64,000 nt of DNA, taken from NCBI GenBank assembly GCA_964016885.1, contig OZ024746.1:56420001-56484000 (forward strand). The letters run 5' to 3'. Position numbers and translations under genes: made by a program. The notes beneath the pieces are model-generated. The model saw only the letters and a program-made list of their open reading frames with translations, was not told where the DNA came from and did no database searches. The DNA is from Eledone cirrhosa (lineage: Eukaryota). Of the stretch, positions 10,321-27,613 are shown piece by piece (positions within the stretch are counted from its first letter, which is position 1; each line of letters opens with the position of its first letter).

Positions 10321-12951
10321 AAATATATATATATGTATACATACATACATGTATGCGTCTATACATACATGTATATATACATACATACATACATATAGAC
10401 ATACATATAAACCCACGCACAAACATCTGTACGCCGAAACATTCATAACTACAGACATACACAAATCAATTACATAGAATCAGGTGTATATCTGTTTGGT
10501 TTTGAGTTTGTGATTGTAACTGAAAATGAAAAGACAGCAAGGGTAGAAATTGCTTTTATATGGTTGTTGTTTTTTTCTCTATATATTTTCTACTCACATT
10601 CCATTCTTTCGTTAGTCATCGATATTGCACCGTTATTTTCTCATTTATATTTCTTGCCGAATTTCTTTAGAATTCTATGATGAAACAGAAAGTAAAGCAG
10701 AAGGAGAAAAAAAAACACGAGAAAATTAATAAAAATATTCCTATTATATTGTTATGTGTTTTTTCCTGAATAAGTCACTATCTTTGATGAATCCGTTGAT
10801 ATTAGATAACGATAAATACAAATTAGTAAATTGCCAACACATACGCACATACAAAAATAACATGATGCTATGGTCATTTTTCACCAGAGTAGATTTTCAT
10901 GAATCTTTATATTTTTCTTTAGCGCTTTGCTTTTTAATAGGTGTTATATTGGTTTTTGTTTTCTCATTTTCTCATATAAATGTGTTGTGTTATTTATTCT
11001 AAGTGTAAACAAATTCATTGCAACGTTGAATACAATGCAATGTTTTATGTATAGAAAATCTCGTTAGTTTCTTTACGTGTTACGCAATTTCATTAATGCA
11101 ACACTTTATCTAATTCGTTATTGCCGTTTTACTGCGTGTGTTTCATATATTAAACGGTGTATTTCTCAGCCAGCAATTCCTTTTGTTACATACAATCATT
11201 GAACCATGGTGAATGAGCTCATCTAAGTAATGAGTTTAATGTTTATATTTTCTAAAACATCGTTTGATGTAACGATGTACATTTCATTTTATAGTAGCAA
11301 TATATTTGTGTTATTGTATAGCTAATATAGTATTTAGGAAGTATTTTTCATTTGATTTATCAGAGTGGGAAGGGCAAGCATTTTCTGACCGCTGGGAGAA
11401 AATTAGGATGTTGCCTTCAGATATATAACCTAGACTGGATGTATATTACCTTGTGGATTATGTTATATTAATTATACAACACGTAAACAATTTCCACGAC
11501 GTAAGATAGTTATGGTCGACTGAGATCAATGACATTTATTAATGCAATTTATAACACTTTACTAAAGAATATATGTATAGATGTTTTGCTATTAGAATAT
11601 ATATCGACAGAAGACATCGCCTCATTTTGCATTGGCCGTGTTTTGTTACAATGCTGTATTTCATTATGGAAAATATCTATGAATATTAGCCAACACTCAA
11701 AGTATAGACATGTGTATCGCTGTTAACTGTGATTTGTATAGATGATATACTCAGTCACGAAATAAACATATAAAACCAGGTAATGGATGTATAGTTTGAT
11801 AAAAGTAACTTTTATACGTCTTAACATTTTCTGTTTCTTGTATTACAGATTATGTTGTGGATGTATGAAAATATATAACACTGTTGTTCTAAAATTATTT
11901 TGTTTCAATGGTACACTGTCTTATAGAATATATTTGTAGAGGTTAGTTAACACTAGGTATCGACAGATGTATGCCTTGTGTTTACTAATAATATTATGAT
12001 TGTATATAAATATCTTTATTGGGACAAATCAATCAAGAAAACTCTGCATGATTGCTGAATGCCAATAAGAATTCTAGTTAGTTGTCCCTCAAAATTAACC
12101 ATTGGGCTTAAACAAAATATACAACGGGTACTGTAATCTGAGGTATAATGCATTGGAAAAAGTATTCTTATGTCCATAACTGAACTGAAACTCATTTATT
12201 CCATAGGCCTGTTTAAATGTACGAGGCGAATATTAAAGAAGCAACATAGATTATATCCCCTGAATTTATAGCCGTAGATTGCCCGTGTCAGAAAACGTGC
12301 TTTTTAAGAGAATTATATAGGGTTCTGTGTATTTTGTGTTGAGATCCTACTTAGCGCAACAAAACATTCCATCCTTCAGTGATCGAAAATAGTACTGGCG
12401 ATGATCCAATATATCATAGACTCTGCTCCAAATGTCTGGAACCCATAGACGAGGCTTGTGGATGTGGAGATGAAAGATTCCCTAAAATGAAAGGCCCGAT
12501 GAGCGTGGTGGAGTGGATGATAAAGTTACATATGTGGCAGCGTGTTAGTGAGCAGAAATGGGATCCAATTAGAGGATTTGGAGAGAAAGCGGGAACTGCG
12601 AACGAGAAAGTTCGGTATTTTACTGCAATTTAAAAAATGAAGTCTGGTGGAGTAGATTGCTGATGAAAGACAAACGTCCTATACGTTGAACTTCTTTTTT
12701 CTTCTTCATCCATTGCATGAATGTAATACCACTGATTATATCTGTATTTCCTGTATCGTATTATTGTCTTGTTGAATTATAAATATATAATAAGGTTAAA
12801 ATATCGTAGGAGAGGATGAAGCAGAGGGGCTTGTAACTCCTTCATTCACTCATTCATTTGCTTATATATATAGAGAGAGAAAGTGAGATTTTATTTTTAC
12901 AAAATAAAAAATAACCGAGGTGTCCTACAGGAGTGAAAGTATAAAGAAAAG

Positions 12952-13223
12952 AAGATGAAATCGAAAATGCTACTGGAGTCTTATCTTTAAAAAAATATAT
13001 ATATATTTATTTGGTTCCTTTACCGGTTTCGCAGTTCTTCTGCTTTTCAAAAGAAGAGTTGAGATGGAGGGTCTGTGGTTTTTCTCACATCAGTGATAAA
13101 AACCACGGACCCTCCACCTCAACTCTACTTTTGAAAAGCAGAACAACTGCGAAAGCGGTAAAGGAACCAAATAAATATATATATTTAAAAAAAAATAAGA
13201 CTCCAGTTGCATTTCGATTTCAT

Positions 13224-13226
<3 letters not shown>
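12952..13226. repeat. Long imperfect inverted repeat (about 135-bp arms), Penelope-like remnant
   Basis: Arms are reverse complements with few mismatches; each carries a hammerhead-like 'gcag-aa(g/c)aa-ctgc-gaaa-(c/g)cggta'. Confidence 0.85.
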
Positions 13227-13260
<34 letters not shown>

Positions 13261-13265
<5 letters not shown>

Positions 13266-13795
13266 TTACGTCTCTCATATTATTGTTCTGCAACCCCATG
13301 CATTGAACCACAAAGTTACTAAGACACAACCTAAATATTTGCTAGCATATGTATGAATCTGTGCGTATATATATGTTACTAGATATACTAATTCTTTATA
13401 ATTATCTCCAAATTATTTGTCGAGCAAAATTGGCCAAGATTGCTGGTATGGTAACAGCCAGGCTGCTGTCTTCTTAATAAACCACTTTCCACGGATTGGC
13501 CTCGATGTCACGTGATTGATTCTTTTGAATTTGCCACCGACGCAGTAGGCAGTGATTTTCTCAATGGCTAGGAATTTAGTCCACGCTTTGCTTTTTTCTA
13601 TCCACTGAATTATTTTTGTATAAGTTCCCAGTGTCCACGTATTGCCTGGAAACTTAGCTGAGAATAGCCTTCCCTGATGACGAAAGGCTTCTCTGTACAC
13701 TTCTTCGGAAAGTATGTTTATTCCCTTTCAGAAACTAATTAGTTGGGAGTGAAATTTTTGTAAGTAAGTTAATTTTATAATTTTCTTATTTTACG

Positions 13796-13805
<10 letters not shown>
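13261..13805. repeat. Segment bounded by a 20-bp direct repeat, embedded in (TA)n
   Basis: 'ttattttacgtctctcatat' at 13261-13280 and 13786-13805. Confidence 0.7.
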
Positions 13806-13876
<71 letters not shown>

Positions 13877-15299
13877 TATATTTCCTTTTTTAATTTGTTT
13901 TGTAAGATTTCATATCAGAAAGCGTGTGTTGAACGAGATATTGTTATACTCTGGGACGGCCATGCTGCCAATAAAAACACACGTACATGTTGGCTTCACT
14001 TTAATTTATAATGAATTGAAGTTGGTTCGATTAGCGGATGGTTGTTTATATATTGTTAAAGCTCTTTCGTCACACATTCTGTGACTCCCTCAGTGACTAG
14101 GTTTTGTTTTGCGTGTCTCACCTTTCTTCTGTCCTACACCATCCAGTTGGCTGTTGGGTGCTTATTTTGCTCATGCGTTACACCAGGGTGTGTGTGTGTG
14201 TGTTTATTTATGTGTTTATTTACTCGTCACTAGTTGGTTGTTTCTTATATCTCTTTGTGTCTGATTTGTTTTGTTAATTTGTTTTTTGTGTGTGTCTGTA
14301 TGTCTTCATTTTGTCCTTAATTACTAGTTATGATGTGCTATTCCACTCAAGTTTTTTGTTTAATTTTGGTTGGAGTTTGTTTATGTTAGTCGCTTCTCTG
14401 ATTTGTCTGACAATTGCATCTTTTCTGTGTGTGGGCATCATTTTTATCTCTATGTTCTCTAATGTGCCCCTATATTCTATTTTAGCATTTTGCTGGAGTA
14501 CTGATGAGTTTTTTTTTCCATTCTGGAGTTCTCGCTGTGTTCACTTATCCTTTTTTCCTATGCTATGTTATGTTCTTATCCCTACACTTTCCCCCCGTAC
14601 ATCTCATGCTATATACTACGTTCATAGTTTTGCAGTTAGTTTGCGGGATTAGCTTGCAGACTATGCATTTCCTATCAGCACTTTGAAATGGGTATTTTAC
14701 GAGAATATATTCATTTATGTTTAGTGGTTCACCACTGGATGCAACTGGTAATTTAGTTTAGTTAATCTATATATATATATGTATATATATATTATCATCA
14801 TCATCGTTTAACTTTCATCTCCCATGCTAGGATGTATATGTATATATTAATATATATATATATATGCGTGCCTGTATCTCTGCCTATTTTTTTCATCTTG
14901 AAAATTGCGGCTTAGTTAAAAGAAAATATATCGATAGTCACCAGGGTGGAAACGCACAGTTTCCAGAAGATGCCTACCCAAGCACGTTGCAGTCTTATAA
15001 CTGAAACCATTAATGGATAACAAAATATTAATATCCAGGTTTTTCAACTCATAATTAAAATGTACCTCACTTAATAAATCTAGTATGTTGACACTACACA
15101 ACAGTCATTGCATATTCATGTAATGGAATGGAATGATTATAGACTATAAATGGTCATCATGTTTCCATATCACACATTACCATCGTATGTTTTATCTTGT
15201 AGTTGTGTTTCATTTCTGTATTCTTACTTCTACATTTAATAGTCGCTCTGATATCTTACCCGTATACGTACATGTTATTGTAGAGCTGCTATGGCTGCA

Positions 15300-19075
<3,776 letters not shown>

Positions 19076-19434
19076 AATAAGAATTATAACAATGAACATA
19101 ACAATGATAATGATGATTATGACGATAATGAGAAAAATTGCAAGAAACAGAAGAAATTGAAAAAAAAAAATACGTCATTGTTTTTAACTTTGTTTAAACT
19201 TTAGTTTTGTCGAATTCCGGAAACAAAATCTGATTTTGTTAATTGGATTGAATAAGATATTTTAGTTTCCAATTTACCTGATATAATCAAACCTGCTCAA
19301 AGCTAAGTGGATAAAAAAACTTAAAGAATATAGCGTTAATGTGATTTTAAATTTACCTTTAATTGTTATTATATTCATTTTTATAAAGTCATAATATAAT
19401 AATTTCTATTGTGACTTCATTTATTCATTAATTC

Positions 19435-19610
19435 TTTTTCTATCTGGTTTCACTTATTCGACTACGCCCATGCTGGATCCCTGTCTGTTAGGTGAGTTTT
19501 TGTTAATGTTCTCCATTGCAGCACTATTTCCATCTAGTTTGGTATTTCATTTATCGATTGTGTTATATTTAAAGCCAAACCACTAAGTTATGGGGCATAA
19601 CATATCCTGA
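19435..19610 (-). mobile_element. Degenerate short interspersed repeat resembling an abundant octopus repeat
   Basis: 'tgGtttcacttattcgactacgcccatgctgga' and 'gccaaaccactaagttatgggg' recall a common Octopus repeat (from memory, not searched); related fragment at about 9830-9870. Confidence 0.45.
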
Positions 19611-19614
19611 ACAA

Positions 19615-19998
19615 GCAATCCCGGTGCTTTGAAGGTTTTTTTAAGTGGGGAAAGGCCTTGCCGTCGACAAATGCTACTCTCTGAGTACCGAAACACTACC
19701 CGAAAAGGAGAATATCATCGGATGCTTCCGAAGCCGCAGGGTTTTTTTCTTTTCAGAGTGTCCATCTCCTAGAAAGGTGTTGTGACAACAACTGGGGGGC
19801 CTTTCACGCACTGGTGAAAAAAAAGGGTACTATTTGATGGCCGTTGACTCAGCTGAGTTCCTCCGCCCTTTGCCGGGTCTTGTATCTAATCCTGCAGGGT
19901 GTCCAAGTGGTGGGGCTGCCGGTTGGTTCACCGACAGCCGACCATGAGACAGCTTGTACTGGGTTACATGTTACCAGTAGCTCATGAGAGCGAGCTGA
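19615..19998 (-). mobile_element. Short non-autonomous retroelement, unit Z' (3' truncated)
   Basis: Reverse-complement similarity to 4605-5010. Confidence 0.7.
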
Positions 19999-20040
19999 CA
20001 TACATACAAACATTCATACACACAAACATACATACATTGC

Positions 20041-20430
20041 GGCTGCAACTCGTTTTCGAGTAATGCCAGTGCTTGATATTTAATAATGATCCTCACAGTT
20101 GTAGCCGTTTAGTACTTCTGGGGACATGTCTATGACTAGCAATAACATGCATCTCAAAAAATGGCACATATAACCAATGCACGTGCTTGAAGATTTTTTT
20201 TAAGTGGGAAAGGCTTTACACAGGGCCAATCCCACTCTCTGAACATCGAAAGAATTTATCCATAAAGAACTGCTCAACATAATTCAATGCAAACGAAGTC
20301 GCAAAGGGCGGAAAAAATCAGGACAATCAATGGTCATCGAATAAAGACATTTTTTTTTGGGGGGGGGGGGGCATCGCGAGACTCCTATTCTTCAATAACA
20401 CTTCTCTCTAGGAGAAGATCTCTCTGATAT
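20041..20430 (-). mobile_element. Short non-autonomous retroelement, unit Y'
   Basis: Similarity to 4225-4549; 3' end 'ctcgaaaacgagttgcagcc' followed by (ATGT)n. Confidence 0.65.
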
Positions 20431-20459
20431 AAAACAAACATACATACACTCATGGTGGT

Positions 20460-20910
20460 GGCTGCCAACTCGTTTTCGAGTACGGCCACTACTTTATATC
20501 CATGTAGGAGAACCCCTACCGATGCGCTGAACGAATGTGACTTTTTAGTCCAGCCAGCGACTTGAAAACTCTGGTACAAACACTACACTTGTGACCATTA
20601 TTGACACATAGTTCAGGGCCCATGGTACCATGTGATGACAAGTGCAGAGAGATCTCCAGGTATAAAGCAATGCCTGTGCTGTGAAGCTTTTAAAGTGAGC
20701 AAAGGCACTGCACAAAGCCAGTCCCACTCTCTTAACCAAGATGATATTTACCAAAAAGAAGAACAAGTCAACATCATTGGATACCATCAGGGTTGTAGGT
20801 GTTATATCAGAGTTTTCCTTCTCCTAGAATTCTGCCTTGACAAAGGCTAAGGGGTCATCTCTCCCGGTGATTTTGGATGGCTATTGACTCTTAAGAGCTC
20901 CCTTGCCCTT
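20460..20910 (-). mobile_element. Short non-autonomous retroelement, unit X'
   Basis: Near-identical to about 3740-4189. Confidence 0.8.
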
Positions 20911-21517
20911 ACACTCATACATACATATATACATACATACTTACATATATGTATACATATATACATATATATATACACATACATACTTACATACATACAT
21001 ACATACGTACATACATACATATATAGACAGCAGTGATTTAAATCATGTTCTTTAATGTAAAACAAATTGATCTCTTCTTCAGTTTAAATTACCACTAGTC
21101 CTGTGTGTTTCACCCTCGAACAAAGCCGGATCTTATTTCATTGTCACGTGCTAATACTGCTTTTACTTTCAATGTTAAAAGCAAAAACAAGGAGTTCTCC
21201 ACTTTTCTATGTCAATTCTATTCATGGTTCAAAGTTGTATATTAAGGTCACTAACGGTCTCTATATATTATGTGTATGTCTGAGGAAAAGAAGTAGTATG
21301 TTGAAGAAATGTACATGTTAGTGTGTGGAGGCATGGTTAACGTAGTGGGGACGTAATATGAAGGATTTCAAGTAATCGATAAGGGGGAAAACAGAAGTAA
21401 AACGAATAAACCTCATACAGAATTGAATTGACAACAACCTAACAACAAAAAAAGCAACAATTATTGCACGTATTGTTGTTGGATTTTTCATGAGGATTAC
21501 TTTGTTCGTATTTCATG

Positions 21518-21572
<55 letters not shown>

Positions 21573-21575
21573 GGG

Positions 21576-21633
<58 letters not shown>

Positions 21634-22718
21634 TAGACATTCGTTTCCTCGAAATATTGCAAAAGGAAAGTACCATGTATTGTTTTCACTTTTCGTTTTG
21701 TTTTCTCGTTTTCTTTTCCGGCATGTTTGTGGTTATTGTTATTTTATTTATTGCTATTGTGGTTTTATTTATTACACTTGCTCTTTTGTAGCGAGTGCAC
21801 AGTTCGTTCTAAACCTTTTTCCCCGGAAATTTCCTCTTTACCTTGTTTACCACTCTCTTATTTGACAATCTTCAGTAATCCGATCAGTTTTTCGATTTTG
21901 CTGCAAAGAAATATTTTCGCTTTGTTGATTTAAATAGCTTACAGGTTTTTATTCAACATTTTTGTTCGTTTTATATACGCGTTATTCATCTTTTAAGATT
22001 CTTTCTACGGCTTGGACATATTCTCAAACTATTTTGTTTTTCTCATTATATAGTTCGGGTTGTTTTTCACAAAATTATATTTTTACTATATTTAAGTTTT
22101 TCAACGAAATTTAAAATGAGAAACAAATAATAATAGAAATTTGAAAAAATACAATGAAAAATATGTATTTTTTCTAATCTTCTTTTCCATTACACCTTTC
22201 TTTTCTGTACTATTTTTAATCACCTTATTTTCTTTTCGCTGTTCTTCATCTCCTCGACGAAAGAGCATTGTTTTTCAAGAAAACACGTCTTCAAACAAAT
22301 ATTCTCATTTGCTTCACACATTTCTGTATTAAAGGCATTCGTACTTTTGCAACAAATTTTAATTAAAATTGGCTACAGACCAATCATGTATAATTAACGC
22401 TGACTGGCGTAAGAAGCATAAAAGAATACAAGAAAAAATAGCATAAACATCTTTCAAACAATGAAGGAAATCAACAGCGTTAGGATCCTGGCACTTTACA
22501 GCAAGATTCAATGCAAGGGACATTTCTGTTGGCAGAAAACAATTGAAATCTTTATTTATTACTTCGGAGAGAAATTATGGCCTTCTAGCTCGTCAATGTA
22601 GGACATCTTGAGATATAATCACAGTGATGTGGTTGGCTTTGCTTGCCGCTATATTTAGTTCTAGCAATGTCGGCTTTGTAAGTACATTGCAATTAATATA
22701 TACATAACGGAAAGTTTG

Positions 22719-22721
<3 letters not shown>

Positions 22722-22779
<58 letters not shown>
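22722..22779. repeat. (TAA)n microsatellite
   Basis: Direct reading. Confidence 0.95.
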
Positions 22780-23719
22780 GGGAAGAAGACGCACGAGGTG
22801 ACGGAGGTCATGAAATCGCTCCCGTAAGTTTTGAATTTTTAACATATTTAAATCATTTGTGAAATAACAACTCTCAGTACAAATGCTACGTAAAGCACCC
22901 GGCTTGAGCCCAAAAAAATTCGGACCCAAAATATATTGTTATAAGGCTCAAATATTCAAATATTCAACTTTGTATTGTACACTGTATATCCAAAAAAGAA
23001 AATGGCTATAGATGGAAGACCCCCCCCCCTCCTCTCCTCTGTCTACACTATATAGAACAGCCAAACTCACCAACACCAGAAACTAGATACACCACCCACC
23101 CCATCACCTGTGTACACTAAACACAACAGCCAGATAACGGCATTTTCACCACCACCGCTCACTACGGCCATCATTACCACCATTATCCCATCACCACCCC
23201 CACCACCCCCTTCACTCCTTCACTGCTACCACCGCTACAGCACCATCACTACAGTAATACGGTCACATCACCGCCACCACTGCCTCGGTATCGACATCAC
23301 CACCACCACTGTCTCAGTATCGCTACCGCCGCCAGTCCTCCACTTCTCTCAGCTGGCTGCCGCCACCACATTATAGAATCCCTACTGCTAAAAAAGAGGA
23401 AGGCATCAAAATAGATAGGTAGACTCAAAAGAAAAAAGAAAAAACAAACAACAAAACCAAAGCAGCACAGCAACAACAGCAAAAAACGAGAAAAACAGAG
23501 AAAAACAAAAACAAAAAAAAAACCCCAAAATACGTAAAGAAAATAAGAATGAAGAGAGAAGCAGGCGGACGGACAGAGAAGAGGGGGGAAAAACTAAAAC
23601 TTAAAAAACAAAAACTAAGTCAGACATTCGAACACTACATTACAATGAAACTTATGCTTATTCATTTTGGGGGCCCTTTCTGCCTGTGTGTTTGTTTGTT
23701 TATGTGTGTTCGTATACAC

Positions 23720-26700
23720 ACAAGGGCCAAGTGGAATGGCGGATCCACAGATGGCTATGTAACCATACATTCGCCAATCCTCGATAAGAGTGTTTAAATA
23801 TCGAACATAAACAGTTCGAATAACGGTGAAATGGAGACTAGAACGTCATGTGACAGACTCTCACCCAACAGGTGCCCCCTGGCTCAGCAGCAGGAACCTG
23901 ACTGTCAACCAAATACTGCTGATGTTGGAGGAAGGAGAAGAAGGAAAGGGGCCAGAACCAACTGGACGAAAGAATTGAATAGAACTGTTATGCAATGTTA
24001 CCTGAAAAGTAACCCCAAGGAGAGGGGCTACAGGAGACGGATGCATAACATCTGGAACGAGATTGGTTTATTTAAATTAGATGAACAAAAATTGGCCGGG
24101 CAGGCTCGGGTAATAAGAACTAATGGGTGGATAAGCGAGCTGGAACTGGAGGAACTAAGCAGAGAGAATGGCTTGGAGATGGCGGGTGTAGTATGCCAGA
24201 CAAGCGAGCCAGTGGGAAATGAAGGTGAAGAGGTCCTGAGAACGGAGGAACCACCCGAAGCAGACAATGATCTGAATACTGAGATAAATAATACCTGGAA
24301 CAGAGATACGGCCACTGAGGAGATGAATGCTGACAGGCTAGGACAAGATTCGGTTGATATCCTAAATTTAGTGGTAGATGAATAGAACAATGATAGTGGG
24401 AGACCTATGAACCTAAGATTTGTAGACAGGAAAAAGTTAAAAGAAACAACAGCTAAGGTAAACCAAGTCATCCCATACCTTGAGGCGAGGAGCCTTCACC
24501 AGTGCAACAATATCCTCAAAGCAACAGCAAATACGGTGAGGAAACTACTTGGTATAAAAGCGAGAGGAAACAACAGACAAGAAAGAGCAGAGCCGTGGTG
24601 GAAGAAGCGACTGAGTGGGCAAATCGGGGAAATGAGAAATGACATAGGAAAGCTTGAGTCACTACTGAATGGGACACTAAAAAACATAGGCACTAAAAAT
24701 AGACTGGAAATAAAATACAAAACTAGGAGGAAAAAGCTAAATATTATTATAGAGGAACTGAAGCAACGCATTGTAGCAAAGAGTGCAAAAATCAGGCGAT
24801 ACGAGAACAGAGTCAGTCAGTATAAACAGAACCGCATGTTCGACAACAACCAGAAGATGCTGTTTAGACAGCTTGAGGGGAAAGAAAGAGGCTACGACTT
24901 GATCCCTGGGGCGGAGCAAACTAAAACATTCTGGAGAGGAATATGGGAGCAGGATGTTAGACATAATGTCCAGGCAGGGTGGATTGAGACAGTACAGAGG
25001 GAGATCGGTGAGCAGGCACAACAACAAACTGATTTGAGTATCACAGTTGAAACCCATAAGGGGCAGGCCAAAAAACTAACCAACTGGAAATCACCAGGCC
25101 CAGATGGTGTGCAGGGGTATTGGATTAAACATTTAACATCCCTCCACCCGAAGCTGACGGCCATGTTCAATGACTGCTTGGTGTCGGGTGAGGTGCCAGA
25201 GTGGTTGACAAAAGGTACCACAGTTCTGATAATGAAAGACCGAATCATGGGTAATGATGTTACCAACTATAGACCTATCACATGTCTGTCCGTAATGTGG
25301 AAACTGTTGACGAGCATTGTGTCTGAGGAAATCTACCATCACCTCCACACAAACAACTTGTTACCGGACGAACAGAAAGGATGCCGAAAGAAGTCACGTG
25401 GTACAAAGGACCAGTTACTTATTGATAAGATGGTAATGGGGAATTGCAGGAGGAGACACACTGATCTTGCCATGGTATGGATAGACTACGGAAAGGCATT
25501 TGACATGGTGCCTCATTCTTGGATCACCAAAAGCCTGGAGATCTTCAGGGTGGCAGATAACATCAGACAGTTGCTAGGCAGGAGTATGGGGTCCTGGGAG
25601 ACAGAGTTGACATCAACTGGAGTATCCTTGGGAAGCGTGAAGATCAAGAGAGGTATCTTCCAGGGAGATAGCCTGTCCCCTCTGTTGTTTGTCCTTGCCC
25701 TAATGCCCTTGACCATTATGCTGCGAAAAGTGAGAGCAGGATACAAGTTGGGAAGGGGAGAGCTTACCATCAATCACCTCCTCTTCATGGACGATCTTAA
25801 GCTCTTCGGGAAAAGTGAGAAGTAGTTGGATGTGCTTGTTGACACTGTCCGTATTTTCAGCAGTGATATATGTATGCAGTTTGGTATTGGTAAATGTGGA
25901 GTCATTGTGATGAGGAGGGGTAGGTTGAGCAGAAGTAACGGGATCCAGATACCAACAGGTGAGATGATAAAGGAAATTGACTCTGAGGAAGGATACAAGT
26001 ATTTGGGCGTCCTGGAGGCTGATGGCATAAAGAACAAAAAAATGAAGGAATTGTTAAGAACTGAATACATTCGGAGAGTAAGGAGTGTATTGAAGTCACA
26101 TCAGACCAGCAGAAATGCCATAAACGCAGTAAATTCCCGAGCTGTGTCTATTATTAGGTACAGTGCGGGAATTCTGAGATGGAATGTTGCTGAACAAAAA
26201 GAAATGGATAGGAAGACTAGGAAGCTAATGACTATCTACAACATGTTCCACAAGAGGAGTGACGTCGATAGACTCTACCTAAGGAGATCTGAGGTTGGAA
26301 GAGGTCTTATCAGCATAGAGGACTGTGTTCAGATGGAGAAAAACAACCTATACAAATACGTGACCTATAGTAAGGAGCCAATGCTCAGAACTGTACTGAA
26401 GGAGGGGACAGTAGGCCAGGGGATGTCCAAGGAGGAAATAACATCAAGGAGGAAGAGCAGCCTTAAGGGAAAATCTCTTCATAGTACCTTCTTTGAGAAA
26501 ACTGAATTTAGAGATCCACAGACATGGAACTGGTTGAGAAGAGGAGACCTCAAAAAGGCTACAGAAGGAATGCTAATGGCTGCGCAGGAGCAGGCCCTCA
26601 AAACGAAGTGGTTGAAGCACCATATTTACAAGGAGGAGGCTAGCCCACTGTGCAGGATATGTGGAGAGAGAGAGGAGACTGTGGCTCACATTGTGTCCGA

Positions 26701-27300
26701 GTGTAAACACCTAGCCCAGACCCACTATAAGGGCTGGAGACATGATGTGATGGGCAGGGTGATCCACTGGCACCTGTGCAAAGTAAACAATTTACCACAT
26801 TCTGAGAAATGGTATGAGCATAGGCCAGAGGCGGCGATGGAGAACAATCAGGTGAAGGTGCTGTGGGATTTTAGGATACAGACGGACAAAAAACTGGAAC
26901 ACAATAGACCTGACCTGGTGGTTGTTGACAAAGAAAAAAGATCGTGTCTGATTGTGGATGTGGCCTGCCCTTTCGACACGAGAGTGCAAGAGAAGGAGAG
27001 GGAGAAAATTAACCGATACCAGGACCTAAAGTGGGAGGTGAAAAGGATTTGGAACTGCCATGAGGTCATTGTGATCCCGATTGTCATAGGCGCACTGGGG
27101 ACTATCTCCAAAAGTTTCCAGGGATGGTTAAAGAAAATCGGCCCCGTCACGCTTTTTGGAACGCTGCAAAAGGCATGCTTGCTTGGAACAGCAAGAACCC
27201 TCCGATACGTCCTGAATATCTGAGGCTGCAGGTAGTGGCTTGATATTCATTCCAACGGACTTTCCAGTTAACCAACATCAATGACTGAGATTCAAGGAAT
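23720..27300 (+). mobile_element. R4/Dong-clade non-LTR retrotransposon, family 1 copy 1 (most complete; 5' boundary uncertain)
   Basis: Single RT-RLE reading frame, short 3' UTR, (TAA)n tail at 27318-27347. Confidence 0.92.
23831..27223 (+). pseudogene. 1130-codon Myb-like/RT/CCHC/RLE ORF with two in-frame TAG stops
   Basis: ORFs 23831-24385, 24407-25825 and 25826-27223 share one frame. Motifs WKSPGPDG, NYRPITC, GIFQGDSLSP, FMDD, CRIC-x8-H-x4-C, RHD, RPDL, DVACP. Confidence 0.93.
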
Positions 27301-27317
27301 AACAACAATACTACTAC

Positions 27318-27350
<33 letters not shown>

Positions 27351-27613
27351 TTTCTTTATTAACCACAAGGGTTTACATAAAGTAGACATTAAGGACAGTG
27401 CAGGACAATGCAGGACGGTACAAATGGGCATTTCTGCGTGTAAAAAAAAAAAAAAAACAGAGGATGTAACAAAAATAACAATGAAAATAACAATGAAAAA
27501 TTCCCCAATAGGGGGGAGACTTCGGAGGGACATTTGTGGAGAAAGCCCAGTAAAAAGCCACAATGACCCTGACCACCAAGGCAAGTGCCCTCTCCCAGTT
27601 TTCCACCTTTAGT

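Noticed and set aside
19940-19965. Twister-sister-like words (GUACAAGC, CUCAUGG) on the - strand
   Set aside because: The loop is not conserved in the other two copies, and the partner GCAA internal-loop strand is absent.
23725-23800. HDV-like ribozyme upstream of Dong copy 1 (ggcggat/attcgcc, tcctcg)
   Set aside because: Element order is wrong for HDV topology; only a simple hairpin can be supported.
24383-25825. Programmed read-through of the two in-frame TAG codons in Dong copy 1
   Set aside because: Sister copies have sense codons at these sites (TTG in copy 3; GAG in copies 2 and 3), so they are point mutations.
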